From IMG/VR virus record IMGVR_UViG_3300021400_003144: a DNA stretch of 64,000 bases. The stretch is one strand, 5' to 3'. Under the pieces are notes generated by a model that was given only the letters and a program-made list of their open reading frames with translations, searched no databases and was not told the DNA's origin. Position numbers and translations under genes: made by a program. The stretch is from a virus (Duplodnaviria; Caudoviricetes). Positions 7,690 to 17,862 of the stretch are shown here, in pieces. Within the stretch, counting starts at the first letter, position 1. Every line of letters starts with the position of its first letter.

Positions 7690-9954
7690 ATGTTATATTA
7701 TAAGAACAATACAGCTCTTGTAAGAGCTATGAAAGAGAATGATTTAGACGGAACAACATCTTCATATAAGCTTTATGCAAGCGGAAGAGAATCCAAATTT
7801 ATTGATTCAGTCAATAGAGATCAAATGTTATTTATACTGAAAACTAAAAGTTTCAATAGGGATGATCTTTTAAATTTATATGTTTCTAGTGAAATAAATA
7901 GAAAATGCAAGGTTGACATTGTGGATTATACACTTACGTCTGATAATAAGATATTCCCATCAGGTGAAAGAAAGATGGATGAATATAGGGAAGATAAATT
8001 GCATTTGTTCGATAGATTATTTACACCAGAAGAATATGAAATGGCTGTAAATGAAAGACTTGATACAGCTAATGGTAAGGAGGTTGAAAAGAATACAGAA
8101 GATAATAAGAATACAGAAGTTTATATAAGGAATTTTTTTGTAAAGCATAAAGATGATATAGCTAAAGCATTAAGTAGAAGTGCTAACACTGATATAAAAA
8201 TTGGTGAGTCTCGTAATATAACATTTAAGTCAAAAGAACCTAATATTTTAGGTGGGCATGAATATCCATTATGTACAGCTATTGCATGTGAAGATATAGT
8301 TGGTGGCAGTGGATATTGTAGCTGTAAAATGTATTTAACTGATGCTACAACTAATGCATATGGAGCTACTACTGTTACTGTTGAACTTAGGCCTTTTGCT
8401 ATAGAAACAAATAATTTTTCTATGCTATACAAGATTGCATGTAGTTCTACAGTATATGTAAAGGGAGTAGAAATAAAACTTAGCATAGGCAATAACAACA
8501 GAATAATTAATGCTGAGGTTAAAGGTTTAAACATTATTAAAGATTTAAGACAAAACAAGGATATATTTAGAAATACAGCCTTGTTCTATACAGGTAATAA
8601 AGTTGCAGCTTATGAATATAAGAATATAGCATTCAATTATGATTCTTATTCACTTGTAGATGAGAAAGACAATCATATGCAGAGGTTTAATTGTGGATTG
8701 ATTGGATGGAATGAGACTAATCGTATGTACAATAACCTAATGGTTGTAAGAGAGCTTAACACAGAAGAAGTTAAGGAAGCACTAGAATATTTTGAAGAGT
8801 GTATTAAGAATAATTGGGAAGTTCCAGAGGGTATATATTCAGCTATAAAGTATGGTATAGAGAACAAGAGGGATTACATTAAAGAAGCTTGTACAGCTAG
8901 CTATAAAACACCAGACCAGCTAGTAAATATCATGAATACAGTTAAGGTAGGACCTATTAATAACTACACTAACAAATCATTCTTTGATATTGCTTTAGGT
9001 AATAATGTTAAAGACATTAATTTCTTATATAACACTCTAAAGGATGGTATAAGAGGTCTTTCAGAAAGATATGAGAAACAAGTAGCTAAGAACTTAGGCT
9101 ATGTATATAGAGAGAATAACTCAGGGTTTATAGTTACATGGGTTAATAAAGAAAATAGTTCTCTTGTACATGAAGTATCAAGTAAGATTGATATAAATTT
9201 TGGAAATACAGTTAATAATAAAGCAAAGATAACTATTAATCTTGGTGATACACAGTTAGAAGTGAATGGAGATACATATTTAGTTTTAAATAATGAATCA
9301 TGTGCATCTAATATTAAGATGAAGCTGATGCTAAAGGTAAAGAGTATTGATACACTTAATGTATCAAATGGGGTTATAGATGCAAGATGCAGAAAACATT
9401 ATGAGTATCCAGATATTGCAGGTGATGATTCATCAGTATTTGAAATAATGAACATAGGGTCTGATTATCCTACAACTAAAGATATTAAGCTGTATTTAAG
9501 TGCTAAGTCAGAAAATAATTTCAATCATATACTTGAAAGAGCAGGATTAAGATGGACATATGACAGTTTTAAGCTAGGATTAAGGAAGTTTAATAATTTA
9601 TCAGAGCTATATGATGAACTGTGTAAAGCTTTTACTGATGATAGATACTATTTTGTAAAGTGCATATATGTAGAAAGTGATTCATCTAATAGAGAATATG
9701 ATGGCATGAAATTTGATCCAAAAGACAGTAAGTTAAAGAATCTTTACACTAAGGTGAATGAATACATAGTATTTTGTAAGCAGCATAATAACAGTGTTCC
9801 AGATTTCTTTACTAAGAACCTTGAGACATTTAAAAAGATAAGTGATGCAGTAGCTAGAGAGGAGAGTAATCCAGGTAGTTTTAACAAGAGAGTAGAGAGC
9901 AGTGCAAATGAACATGTAGGTTTATTTGGTACACTCAGAAGTCTTTTGAGATAA
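7690..9954 (+). CDS. hypothetical protein, tandem paralog A
   Basis: 754 aa; shares three conserved blocks with 10065..12377. Confidence 0.85.
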   Translation: MLYYKNNTALVRAMKENDLDGTTSSYKLYASGRESKFIDSVNRDQMLFILKTKSFNRDDLLNLYVSSEINRKCKVDIVDYTLTSDNKIFPSGERKMDEYREDKLHLFDRLFTPEEYEMAVNERLDTANGKEVEKNTEDNKNTEVYIRNFFVKHKDDIAKALSRSANTDIKIGESRNITFKSKEPNILGGHEYPLCTAIACEDIVGGSGYCSCKMYLTDATTNAYGATTVTVELRPFAIETNNFSMLYKIACSSTVYVKGVEIKLSIGNNNRIINAEVKGLNIIKDLRQNKDIFRNTALFYTGNKVAAYEYKNIAFNYDSYSLVDEKDNHMQRFNCGLIGWNETNRMYNNLMVVRELNTEEVKEALEYFEECIKNNWEVPEGIYSAIKYGIENKRDYIKEACTASYKTPDQLVNIMNTVKVGPINNYTNKSFFDIALGNNVKDINFLYNTLKDGIRGLSERYEKQVAKNLGYVYRENNSGFIVTWVNKENSSLVHEVSSKIDINFGNTVNNKAKITINLGDTQLEVNGDTYLVLNNESCASNIKMKLMLKVKSIDTLNVSNGVIDARCRKHYEYPDIAGDDSSVFEIMNIGSDYPTTKDIKLYLSAKSENNFNHILERAGLRWTYDSFKLGLRKFNNLSELYDELCKAFTDDRYYFVKCIYVESDSSNREYDGMKFDPKDSKLKNLYTKVNEYIVFCKQHNNSVPDFFTKNLETFKKISDAVAREESNPGSFNKRVESSANEHVGLFGTLRSLLR

Positions 9955-9978
9955 AGAGTTAAGAGTAACAGTTAAGAA

Positions 9979-10014
9979 TTAAGAGCAACTTATATGTATA
10001 TAGGTTGCTCTTAA
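9979..10014 (+). terminator. intrinsic terminator/hairpin
   Basis: TTAAGAGCAAC...GTTGCTCTTAA inverted repeat. Confidence 0.65.
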
Positions 10015-10064
10015 AATTTAATTAAAAGATAGTGTTGCAACTATATAATTTGTGAGGATATATA

Positions 10065-12377
10065 ATGTTATATTATAAGAACAGCATAGCTCTTTTGAGG
10101 GCTATAAAAAATGAAGATGAAAATGGTGATGTAACATATAATGTGTTTACATCAGGTAAAGATAGTAAGTTTATATGCACATTAAGCAGAGATGAAATGA
10201 AAGTAGCTCTTGAAAGAATGTCTCTTAATCATGCTAGAGGTTATAATACTGCTAATTTTCCAGAGTTACCAGTAGCTATGAAGGTGGACATTGTAGATTT
10301 CACTTTAACATCTGATGGTAAGATATTTCCATCAGGTGAAAGAAAGATGAACGAGTATAGAGAAGATAAGAGCAATCTTGCTGACAGGATATACTCTAAA
10401 GAACAATGGGATAAGCTTCAAGAGTCTAAAAGGAATAATTTAACAGGCAATAATACAGAAGTTAAATCAGAGCAAGTAAGGAACTTAGATATACTTTATA
10501 ATACTGAAGAAGCTAGTGCATTTTTAATTAAATACAAGGGTAATATAAATAATAAACTTTCATATGGTGAAGGTATCACTAAGGTTGAAGTTAAATTACC
10601 AATATATAAAATTGGTGGAAAAGTAAGTGCTGGAATAGTGAGTCCTAAGAATCGTAATAGAGCATTAATGACATCTATTTATTATGATGATGCAGCTCAT
10701 GATAAATGTGTTATTACATGTGAAATGCATATAAAAGATACAAAAATCATTGGAAATGACAAAGTGCATTTTGATATAGGTTTTGTACCTTATTTGATTG
10801 AAACTGACAACTATAATATGATTTATAGGTTTAATAGTAAGGAGTATGTTAAGAAGTTTCCACAGAGTACAGTAATGTCATTAGATATGGATGCTAGTGG
10901 ACAGGTAATTAAGGCTGAGATAGTTAATTTTGATTATCTCAAGAATTTAAATGATACACATAAAGAATATTTTAGCAATGTATGTGTTTCTGTATTATTT
11001 AAGGATGACACAGCAGAAAATGGTAAAGGTGCTGGGTGTAACATAATATCAATAAACTATTCATATGATGGGTTCAGAGTAGAGTACTTGGGTGATACAT
11101 ATAAGATTAAGATGAACTCTCTTGGGGCTAAGAATAGTCAGGGATTAGGTGAATCATTAGAAAGCAGATATTTTAATAACATTATAGTGGAGAGGGAGCT
11201 TAATGCTGATGAAGTAAATTATGTGCTACAGTATTTTGAAGAGTGTATAGATAAGCAGAGAGAAGTACCTGAGGGTCTATATTCAGCTATAAAGTATGGA
11301 ATTAAAAATCGTAGAGATTATATCAGAGAAGCATGTGAATTAAGTTATAGAAGTCCAAAAGATGTAATAGACTTAATGAATAGAGTTAAGGTTGGACCTA
11401 TTAATGCATATACTAATAAATCCTTCTTTACTGCTGATGCTACTGAAAAGATGAATGAAATCAAATATGTGTATGATTGTTTTATAGCACCATATAGTGA
11501 TACATTACAGAATGATATATTAGACATTTATAGATATAAGTTCTTTTATAAGAAGAATGAAAGTAGAGGAACATATGCTATTTCAGATATATCAGGTAGA
11601 GATGGCTGGAATGACATAGAATTTTGGATTGAGCCTAGATTTAGAGATGGTTTAAAAAGTAAATGGGCTATTAAAATCAAGTTTGGTAAAGATGTATATA
11701 CTGTAAATGGAGATGTAAGCATTGAAGCAAATACTACTTATATGACAAAACCATCAGTTATAGTGTATATGAAGCCTTATGAAATAGTTGCATCAGATAA
11801 AGATAAGGTGGTTTTTAGTAATAATGAAATGGGCAATGGTTATGATATTTGTCATATATCAACTAATGTTTCAACACCTGGAAAATTTGATGTAACTAGT
11901 AATAAACAAGAGAATTACAGATTACTGTTAGATGTAGCTAAGATTCTAAATGCAGGATACACTGCATCTCCAGTATATAAGTTAAAGACAAGCTATGATG
12001 GTTTGGGTGACCTTTATCATACACTTTGTCAGGCTTTAACTGATGAAAATTACAGGTTTGAGGATAATATAGAGATAAGAACTGGTGGACCTTTTGAAGA
12101 TTGTAAGTACTATTACTTTAATCAAGGTGAAGATTACTTATCTGACTTATATAATAAAGCCAGTGAATATGTAAACTTCTGTAGAGCAAATAAGAAACAT
12201 GTACCTATATTCTTATTAGAAAATGCATCTGTATTTAAGAGAGTAAGTGAAATCATAGAGAAAGAGAATAAAGGCATGGCTGAGTCAGAAGAGTATCTTA
12301 AAGAAAAGAAAAAGAAAGAGAAGGAGAAGGAGTCTTTCTTTGGAATATTTAGTACCATTAAAAATATAATGAGATAG
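10065..12377 (+). CDS. hypothetical protein, tandem paralog B
   Basis: 770 aa; KVDIVDxTLTSDxKIFPSGERKM and EVPEGxYSAIKYGI blocks shared with paralog A. Confidence 0.85.
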   Translation: MLYYKNSIALLRAIKNEDENGDVTYNVFTSGKDSKFICTLSRDEMKVALERMSLNHARGYNTANFPELPVAMKVDIVDFTLTSDGKIFPSGERKMNEYREDKSNLADRIYSKEQWDKLQESKRNNLTGNNTEVKSEQVRNLDILYNTEEASAFLIKYKGNINNKLSYGEGITKVEVKLPIYKIGGKVSAGIVSPKNRNRALMTSIYYDDAAHDKCVITCEMHIKDTKIIGNDKVHFDIGFVPYLIETDNYNMIYRFNSKEYVKKFPQSTVMSLDMDASGQVIKAEIVNFDYLKNLNDTHKEYFSNVCVSVLFKDDTAENGKGAGCNIISINYSYDGFRVEYLGDTYKIKMNSLGAKNSQGLGESLESRYFNNIIVERELNADEVNYVLQYFEECIDKQREVPEGLYSAIKYGIKNRRDYIREACELSYRSPKDVIDLMNRVKVGPINAYTNKSFFTADATEKMNEIKYVYDCFIAPYSDTLQNDILDIYRYKFFYKKNESRGTYAISDISGRDGWNDIEFWIEPRFRDGLKSKWAIKIKFGKDVYTVNGDVSIEANTTYMTKPSVIVYMKPYEIVASDKDKVVFSNNEMGNGYDICHISTNVSTPGKFDVTSNKQENYRLLLDVAKILNAGYTASPVYKLKTSYDGLGDLYHTLCQALTDENYRFEDNIEIRTGGPFEDCKYYYFNQGEDYLSDLYNKASEYVNFCRANKKHVPIFLLENASVFKRVSEIIEKENKGMAESEEYLKEKKKKEKEKESFFGIFSTIKNIMR

Positions 12378-12390
12378 CATTAAAAGGTAT

Positions 12391-12422
12391 AAAAGCAACT
12401 CAAGGTTTATTGGGTTGTTTTT
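12391..12422 (+). terminator. intrinsic terminator
   Basis: AAAAGCAACTCAA/TTGGGTTGTTTT stem. Confidence 0.6.
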
Positions 12423-12457
12423 AATTTTGAAAAATAAAATATTTTTTAAAATATTTG

Positions 12458-12486
12458 TTGACGAAAGTAAAATTATATGATATTAT
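12458..12486 (+). promoter_or_regulatory. sigma-A-type promoter with extended -10
   Basis: TTGACG-17 nt-TATTAT preceded by TG. Confidence 0.7.
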
Positions 12487-12558
12487 ATATTTGTGAGTGA
12501 GAGATAAGAAAGTTTAAATAAATATCTCTTAACAAAATTATTTTGGAGGATTATAACT

Positions 12559-12687
12559 ATGACAAAGACAGAAAAGGTTAACGTACTTAAGGCAAGACAG
12601 GCAAAGCTTATGCACTCAGAGAAGAACTTTAAGTGTCCTGGTGTGCTTAGAAAGGTAGCTCGTCAGATTAGAAATCTGGAGAAGTAA
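12559..12687 (+). CDS. small basic protein (42 aa), not in ORF track
   Basis: GGAGG RBS; MTKTEKVNVLKARQAKLMHSEKNFKCPGVLRKVARQIRNLEK. Confidence 0.75.
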   Translation: MTKTEKVNVLKARQAKLMHSEKNFKCPGVLRKVARQIRNLEK

Positions 12688-12726
12688 TGGCATAAGAAAA
12701 TAAGCAATAGCATAAAGGAGATAAGT

Positions 12727-13158
12727 ATGACACATAGTGAATTTGTTACAAAGGCTGATGCTGTATGCAAGGAACTCAGTGCAGAAAGAATCAATGAGAT
12801 GCTTGAGTTGATGTTTAAGGATTCATTGTTTTGGAATCTTGTGAAAGATTTTGAAGGCGTTGAGTATTTCAATAAACCTTATGTAGGAGTCAGATTTGGT
12901 GCGAATCCAGAACCACTGGATTTTGATTTTGGTCTACTTGGTGTGTTTGAGATTAACTGTGAGGAACATACTGTACAGTTTAGTGTTGAGAGAGACAATA
13001 CTTGCTACATTATAACTGTAAAGGATATAACTGATGCAGCTATAAATGACCTGTATGACATCTATATGGCATACTTATCTGGTGCAAGAGAGGATCAACT
13101 CAAGGCAATGTGTGATGGAAAGTATGACCTTATAAAGGGTGATAAAAAAGTTGCATAA
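12727..13158 (+). CDS. hypothetical protein
   Basis: AAGGAG RBS. Confidence 0.8.
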   Translation: MTHSEFVTKADAVCKELSAERINEMLELMFKDSLFWNLVKDFEGVEYFNKPYVGVRFGANPEPLDFDFGLLGVFEINCEEHTVQFSVERDNTCYIITVKDITDAAINDLYDIYMAYLSGAREDQLKAMCDGKYDLIKGDKKVA

Positions 13159-13195
13159 AGGTTAAGATATGGGATACATAGTATCCCATATATAA

Positions 13196-13279
13196 GCTCC
13201 TATGGTGGAATTGGCAGACACGTTGGATTTAGGTTCCAATGCCTTAAATGGCGTGCAAGTTCGAGTCTTGTTAGGAGCA
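13196..13279 (+). tRNA. tRNA-Leu(UAG), CCA not encoded
   Basis: Acceptor GCTCCTA/TAGGAGC, D arm TGGTGGAATTGGCAGACA, anticodon stem TTGGA-TTTAGGT-TCCAA, long variable arm, GTTCGAG T loop. Confidence 0.95.
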
Positions 13280-13358
13280 TATATAGAAGTAATATAGCAT
13301 AGTCATTTAGGTTTTATACTAAGTGGCTATTTTTAATGTAAAAATTTGAAAATAACTA

Positions 13359-13387
13359 TTGAAATTTGTATTAAATTGTGATAATAT
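13359..13387 (+). promoter_or_regulatory. sigma-A-type promoter
   Basis: TTGAAA-17 nt-TAATAT preceded by TG. Confidence 0.5.
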
Positions 13388-13441
13388 AAATATGAAATAA
13401 AATATTTGAGATACAAAGGATAATAGCAGGAGTTTATAGAT

Positions 13442-14416
13442 ATGGGAGCAAGGAGTGTTTTAGATGCAGATTATGTATCAAGTAATGAGCTTTTTGAAAA
13501 ATATAAAGCTGAGTTAAAGAAAAATAAGATAGTTGAGAAAGTTAAAAAGCCTATTGATGTAGCTAAGGGTAGCTATATTAATTTAGGGGTGTATCTACAG
13601 ATATGTGAATCTAGCCTATGTAAATATAGATTACCATTAGTATGTAAAAGCAGTAGCTTTGGAAAGATTAACATAGACTGTGGAATTTTTATTGATGAAT
13701 ATAGAAAATATAATTATGATTGTATGATATATTCTACAATGCTTAAGATAATGGGAGATGACCTATATAAATTCCTTAGTCTTAGAAATGGAAAGAGTGA
13801 GGAATACTGGTCTGAATACGTTAAGATTAAGACAGATACAAATAATAAGAGAATGGTATCTCTTATGAAGATTATTGATGCTATTAAAAATACAGGTAAT
13901 TTTGATTTAACATCAATGTCAAATACAGTTAGAAATTCATTTACTCTTATTGATGGAGCAGCAGACAGTAAGTATAGATATGTACTGAAAAGAAGAAATG
14001 TTGGGTTTACACTGTCTGAATATGTTGTACTATTTATAAATCTTAAACGAGCAGTTATGCTAAGAAAGATTGATGGTATCAAGGATATAACTAAATATAC
14101 TATTGAATATCCTGAGTTGAATAATATGAATAGAATGTGCAAGAGAGCTTTAATTGATTACTATGGAGATTTAAGTAAGAGACTTAAAGGATATTTAGGT
14201 ATATCTCGTGCAAAGTTCATTACTACTTTAAATAATAATATTGCACTGGATGTTAGAGGTAAGAAAATAAATGTCAAATTTAAAACAGATGAGGATCTAA
14301 AGAATGAGACATTAGCTTTTTCAGAAAAGCCTAAACATGATATAGTTTTACCTTTACATTCAGATTATATAAGTTCATCTGTGATAAGCATTCAAAAAGG
14401 AGGATTCAGTTTATGA
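13442..14416 (+). CDS. hypothetical basic protein
   Basis: AGGAG RBS; 324 aa. Confidence 0.8.
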   Translation: MGARSVLDADYVSSNELFEKYKAELKKNKIVEKVKKPIDVAKGSYINLGVYLQICESSLCKYRLPLVCKSSSFGKINIDCGIFIDEYRKYNYDCMIYSTMLKIMGDDLYKFLSLRNGKSEEYWSEYVKIKTDTNNKRMVSLMKIIDAIKNTGNFDLTSMSNTVRNSFTLIDGAADSKYRYVLKRRNVGFTLSEYVVLFINLKRAVMLRKIDGIKDITKYTIEYPELNNMNRMCKRALIDYYGDLSKRLKGYLGISRAKFITTLNNNIALDVRGKKINVKFKTDEDLKNETLAFSEKPKHDIVLPLHSDYISSSVISIQKGGFSL

Positions 14417-14497
14417 ATTAAATGAAGTTTAGATAAGCAAGTTTAAGTATAAATGTATATTTTTAATATTTTAATATCTTAATGGAGGAGATTAAAA

Positions 14498-15355
14498 ATG
14501 AAACTTAAGAAAGCAGCGATTATGTTCGCAACATCAGTAGCAATTTGTGCTAGTTCAGTTGTTAGTTTTGCAGCTACAGATACAGCTATAGGCAGCGGAG
14601 CTGTTAATGGAACTGTTAATGGGGATGTAACTAATGACAATGTAGCTTATAATCTTATTACTAACTTTAGCAATAAGATGAAGCAGAATGGAAGTTTTAA
14701 GGTACATGAGTATATAAATACTTCCATAACTGTTACAGATGGAAGTACATCTGAGACAGATAGTTCAGACATCACTAAAATCACTAGTGTTAATGGTGAC
14801 AAGATGATGGGAACAATTAATGCTGTTAAATATGAGAATGGCATTAAGGGAGCAGATGAAACTGCTAACCTATATGCTTATAGGGATGGTGATAAGGTTA
14901 AGACTTTTGAGGTTACACCTACTGGAGAAGTAACTAGACTTGAGCAGGCTTATGCACCTCTTGCAGACATGTATTTCCCTATTAAGTTCCATGGAAATGA
15001 AACAGTTACTCTTGAGGGTAACGAGTATGTTGTCACTGGATTTTTAACAAAGGAAGATTATGGAAACTCAATTACCAGTGAGGTTACAGATGATCTTAGT
15101 ATGAGTGGTTTAGATGCTACAGAACTCATTGGAAATATTCCTTATGTTTGTAGGTTTAATGCTACTACAGGTGATTTAACATTAATGAAGATTGATATGT
15201 CTGGTGTACTGAATGGAATGACAGAGTTAATTAAGAGTTTAGGTGCTGAGGGTATTCCTGAGTTAGCAGGTTTTGGAATGTCTGGCACAATGACATACAC
15301 AAGTACAATTAGTGTTGAAGCTACTGATGTTGTAATACCTGAGAATTTAAAGTAA
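14498..15355 (+). CDS. secreted protein
   Basis: GGAGG RBS; Sec signal peptide ending SFA. Confidence 0.8.
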   Translation: MKLKKAAIMFATSVAICASSVVSFAATDTAIGSGAVNGTVNGDVTNDNVAYNLITNFSNKMKQNGSFKVHEYINTSITVTDGSTSETDSSDITKITSVNGDKMMGTINAVKYENGIKGADETANLYAYRDGDKVKTFEVTPTGEVTRLEQAYAPLADMYFPIKFHGNETVTLEGNEYVVTGFLTKEDYGNSITSEVTDDLSMSGLDATELIGNIPYVCRFNATTGDLTLMKIDMSGVLNGMTELIKSLGAEGIPELAGFGMSGTMTYTSTISVEATDVVIPENLK

Positions 15356-15418
15356 GAGGTTATTTAAAAAGTGAATGAGCAGTACTTGGATATTTAATAA
15401 ATATTTAAGATTTAGGTA

Positions 15419-15447
15419 TTGAAATTTCAAGAAAAAAGATATATAAT
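15419..15447 (+). promoter_or_regulatory. sigma-A-type promoter
   Basis: TTGAAA-17 nt-TATAAT. Confidence 0.6.
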
Positions 15448-15518
15448 AATGTATGTTAAATCCGCATAGAGAAATCTAGCGGATTTTTATTTTGAAGCAT
15501 AAAAAGGAGAAATTAACA

Positions 15519-16154
15519 ATGATTTTAAAGAAATTTATCAATGGAGTTGTGTTCATACCTATGCTGTGCCTGATGCTTGGCAGTAACGTTTACGCAGGGC
15601 AATCAAAGACAGTTGCTAAGGGTGTAGATGTTACTGAGTATGAAGTGGTAGAGGACATTAGAGAGACTCCAGCACTTGCATTATTATCTGATGAGGACAG
15701 AAAAGAACTTGAGGATGCTAAGAAAGATGAAGATGATGAGTTAATTGAGGAGCTTCAGATTGGAGATGAAGCTGATAAAGAAGATGAGAATACAGATGAA
15801 AATCAGGCTGTATCAAATGTAGATAGTATAGAGTCTAAATTAGGTAAGAGTTTAGGCGTGTTCCAGTTAACTGGATACTGTCCCTGTAGAAAGTGTAACG
15901 GAAATAATCCTCCAGTGACTAGAATGGGAACTCCATTAATTCCTGGACAGACAATAGCGGTAGATAGAAGAGTTATTCCACTTGGAACTTGGGTTTATTT
16001 GAATCTTCCTGGCCAGGGTTGGACAAAGTTTAGAGCTGAAGATACAGGAAGTGGTGTTAAGGGTAATCATATTGATGTACTTAGACCTACTCATGGTGAG
16101 TGCTTTAGTGCATTATGGAACTCAAAGGTTGAGGTTAGATTGGCATTAGCTTAA
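15519..16154 (+). CDS. secreted 3D-domain (lytic transglycosylase-like) protein
   Basis: LTGYCPC, TIAVDRRVIPLGT, AEDTGSGVKGNHIDV; ATG at 15519 follows AAGGAG. Confidence 0.9.
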   Translation: MILKKFINGVVFIPMLCLMLGSNVYAGQSKTVAKGVDVTEYEVVEDIRETPALALLSDEDRKELEDAKKDEDDELIEELQIGDEADKEDENTDENQAVSNVDSIESKLGKSLGVFQLTGYCPCRKCNGNNPPVTRMGTPLIPGQTIAVDRRVIPLGTWVYLNLPGQGWTKFRAEDTGSGVKGNHIDVLRPTHGECFSALWNSKVEVRLALA

Positions 16155-16176
16155 AAATTTAATATAAAAATTTAGA

Positions 16177-16222
16177 AAAAATAATCTATTATGTATTTAA
16201 GGGTATATAATAGATTATTTTT
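16177..16222 (+). terminator. intrinsic terminator
   Basis: AAAAATAATCTATTATGTA/TATATAATAGATTATTTTT stem. Confidence 0.6.
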
Positions 16223-16230
16223 ATGTTTTT

Positions 16231-17862
16231 ATGGAGACTAAGATGATAAAGAGATTTTTGAGTGTATGTACAGCTATGATTTTTGGATTAACATTATCAG
16301 CCTATGCAAATACTGTAAATAATACAGTTAAGGTTGTAGATGGTCAGGATAGTATAAAATTTAAGATTACTTGGAGTAATGAGGCTGTTAGACCAGAGTT
16401 ATTTAACTCAGAAGGTGTTAATGTAACATCAGATGATGCTTTAAAGGTCACAGAATTTGGAAATGATTATACAGTGTATGAGTATAAGTCTCCATTTATG
16501 TCTAGTGGTGATTGGACAATATCTTATGACAATGGAAACAATAAATGGGTATCATTAGTTGATATTACTAATAATACAGTTATTAATGATGATAAAACAG
16601 AGGAAACTTCAAGTGTAGCTGAGACTGAGGAAGAAGAACTGCTAAGAGCAATAGATTCTGATGATTTAACATATAGAGCAGATATGAGTAAAGTCAGATT
16701 TAATTGGTGCTTCAATGGTAGAGATTATGGCAGTTCTATTGACCATTTCAATATAAAGGTCTATGAAGATGAAAATAAGTCTCCTAGATTTGAAACTGAT
16801 ACAAATGAAACTGAGTTTATTATTGATTATAATAAATATATAAGCAAGTATAGAGTAGAACTTAGCTATGTTGATGTAAATGGTAAGCATTCAGAAGTAT
16901 TAAAGAAGCAGATAATTCCTAAGATATCTGATATATACATTCATATTAACAGTGATTCTTTAGTTAGAGAAAAGGATGTTAAGATTACATATGGTAATAT
17001 TCCTGATGATAGCAAGGTTTATGTAATAATCAATGGTGTTGAACATATAAAAAATACATATGGCAATGGTGAGATTAATATAGAGCTTGAAAGAGGAAAT
17101 AATCATATACAAGTAGAAGTTAGAGCTCTTGATGAAAAGGGTGAAGCTTATAAATTATATGAAACTTCTAAAGATATAACATATACAGAGATGAGTGACA
17201 GTGTTATAAAATTAGATGAAGATTATGATAATTTACAGACAACTAAAGATGAGTTGGAAATATCAGGTGAGTGTAAAGGTGCTGTAGAAGTTACTATTAA
17301 TGGTAAGAGAGTAAGAATAAATGATGGAAGGTTTAAGTATAATTTACCTCTTGAGTATATAGGTGAGCAGACAATAATAATTAAAGCGGCTGATAAAGAT
17401 GGTAGAATATCTGAAAAGAGATTTAAAGTATTTAGGTCAAATGAACAACAGATTAATAAAGAGTCTGTAGTAGATATAGAGGAAAGCATGAGAGATGTTG
17501 ATGAGCAAGTAAGAGAACAACAGATTGCTGATAATGAGAAGTTACAGAAGTTTAAAATAACAGCTTGTGTGATAGGTTTGCTAGTATTTGGAATATCTTG
17601 TGTTGTAGGTTATATAGCAACTAATTTAAAAGATAGTGACATAAAGAATGAAAAAGAGAGCAATGGAAGTGAGGAAGAGCATAAAAATACAGAAGTTACT
17701 GTTAAGAATAGAAGTAAGAACAAGCAGGTTAAGAAAGTAAAAAAGAAAGAACAGAAAGAGGCTAAAGGAATTAGAAAGATTCTTAAAGCAAGAAAGCCAA
17801 TAGGCTATAAAGGAAATAAAGAACTTGGAGATATAGATAGTGTAGGTGAGAGTGATGATTAA
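16231..17862 (+). CDS. secreted, membrane-anchored protein with beta-sandwich (Ig/FN3-like) domains
   Basis: Signal peptide ending AYA; C-terminal TM helix ITACVIGLLVFGISCVVGYIA then a basic tail. Confidence 0.75.
   Translation: METKMIKRFLSVCTAMIFGLTLSAYANTVNNTVKVVDGQDSIKFKITWSNEAVRPELFNSEGVNVTSDDALKVTEFGNDYTVYEYKSPFMSSGDWTISYDNGNNKWVSLVDITNNTVINDDKTEETSSVAETEEEELLRAIDSDDLTYRADMSKVRFNWCFNGRDYGSSIDHFNIKVYEDENKSPRFETDTNETEFIIDYNKYISKYRVELSYVDVNGKHSEVLKKQIIPKISDIYIHINSDSLVREKDVKITYGNIPDDSKVYVIINGVEHIKNTYGNGEINIELERGNNHIQVEVRALDEKGEAYKLYETSKDITYTEMSDSVIKLDEDYDNLQTTKDELEISGECKGAVEVTINGKRVRINDGRFKYNLPLEYIGEQTIIIKAADKDGRISEKRFKVFRSNEQQINKESVVDIEESMRDVDEQVREQQIADNEKLQKFKITACVIGLLVFGISCVVGYIATNLKDSDIKNEKESNGSEEEHKNTEVTVKNRSKNKQVKKVKKKEQKEAKGIRKILKARKPIGYKGNKELGDIDSVGESDD

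Noticed and set aside
13167-13192. Hairpin before the tRNA as a separate ncRNA or att site
   Set aside because: It is a simple stem-loop after a CDS, and no duplicated tRNA 3' end or integrase is in the window.
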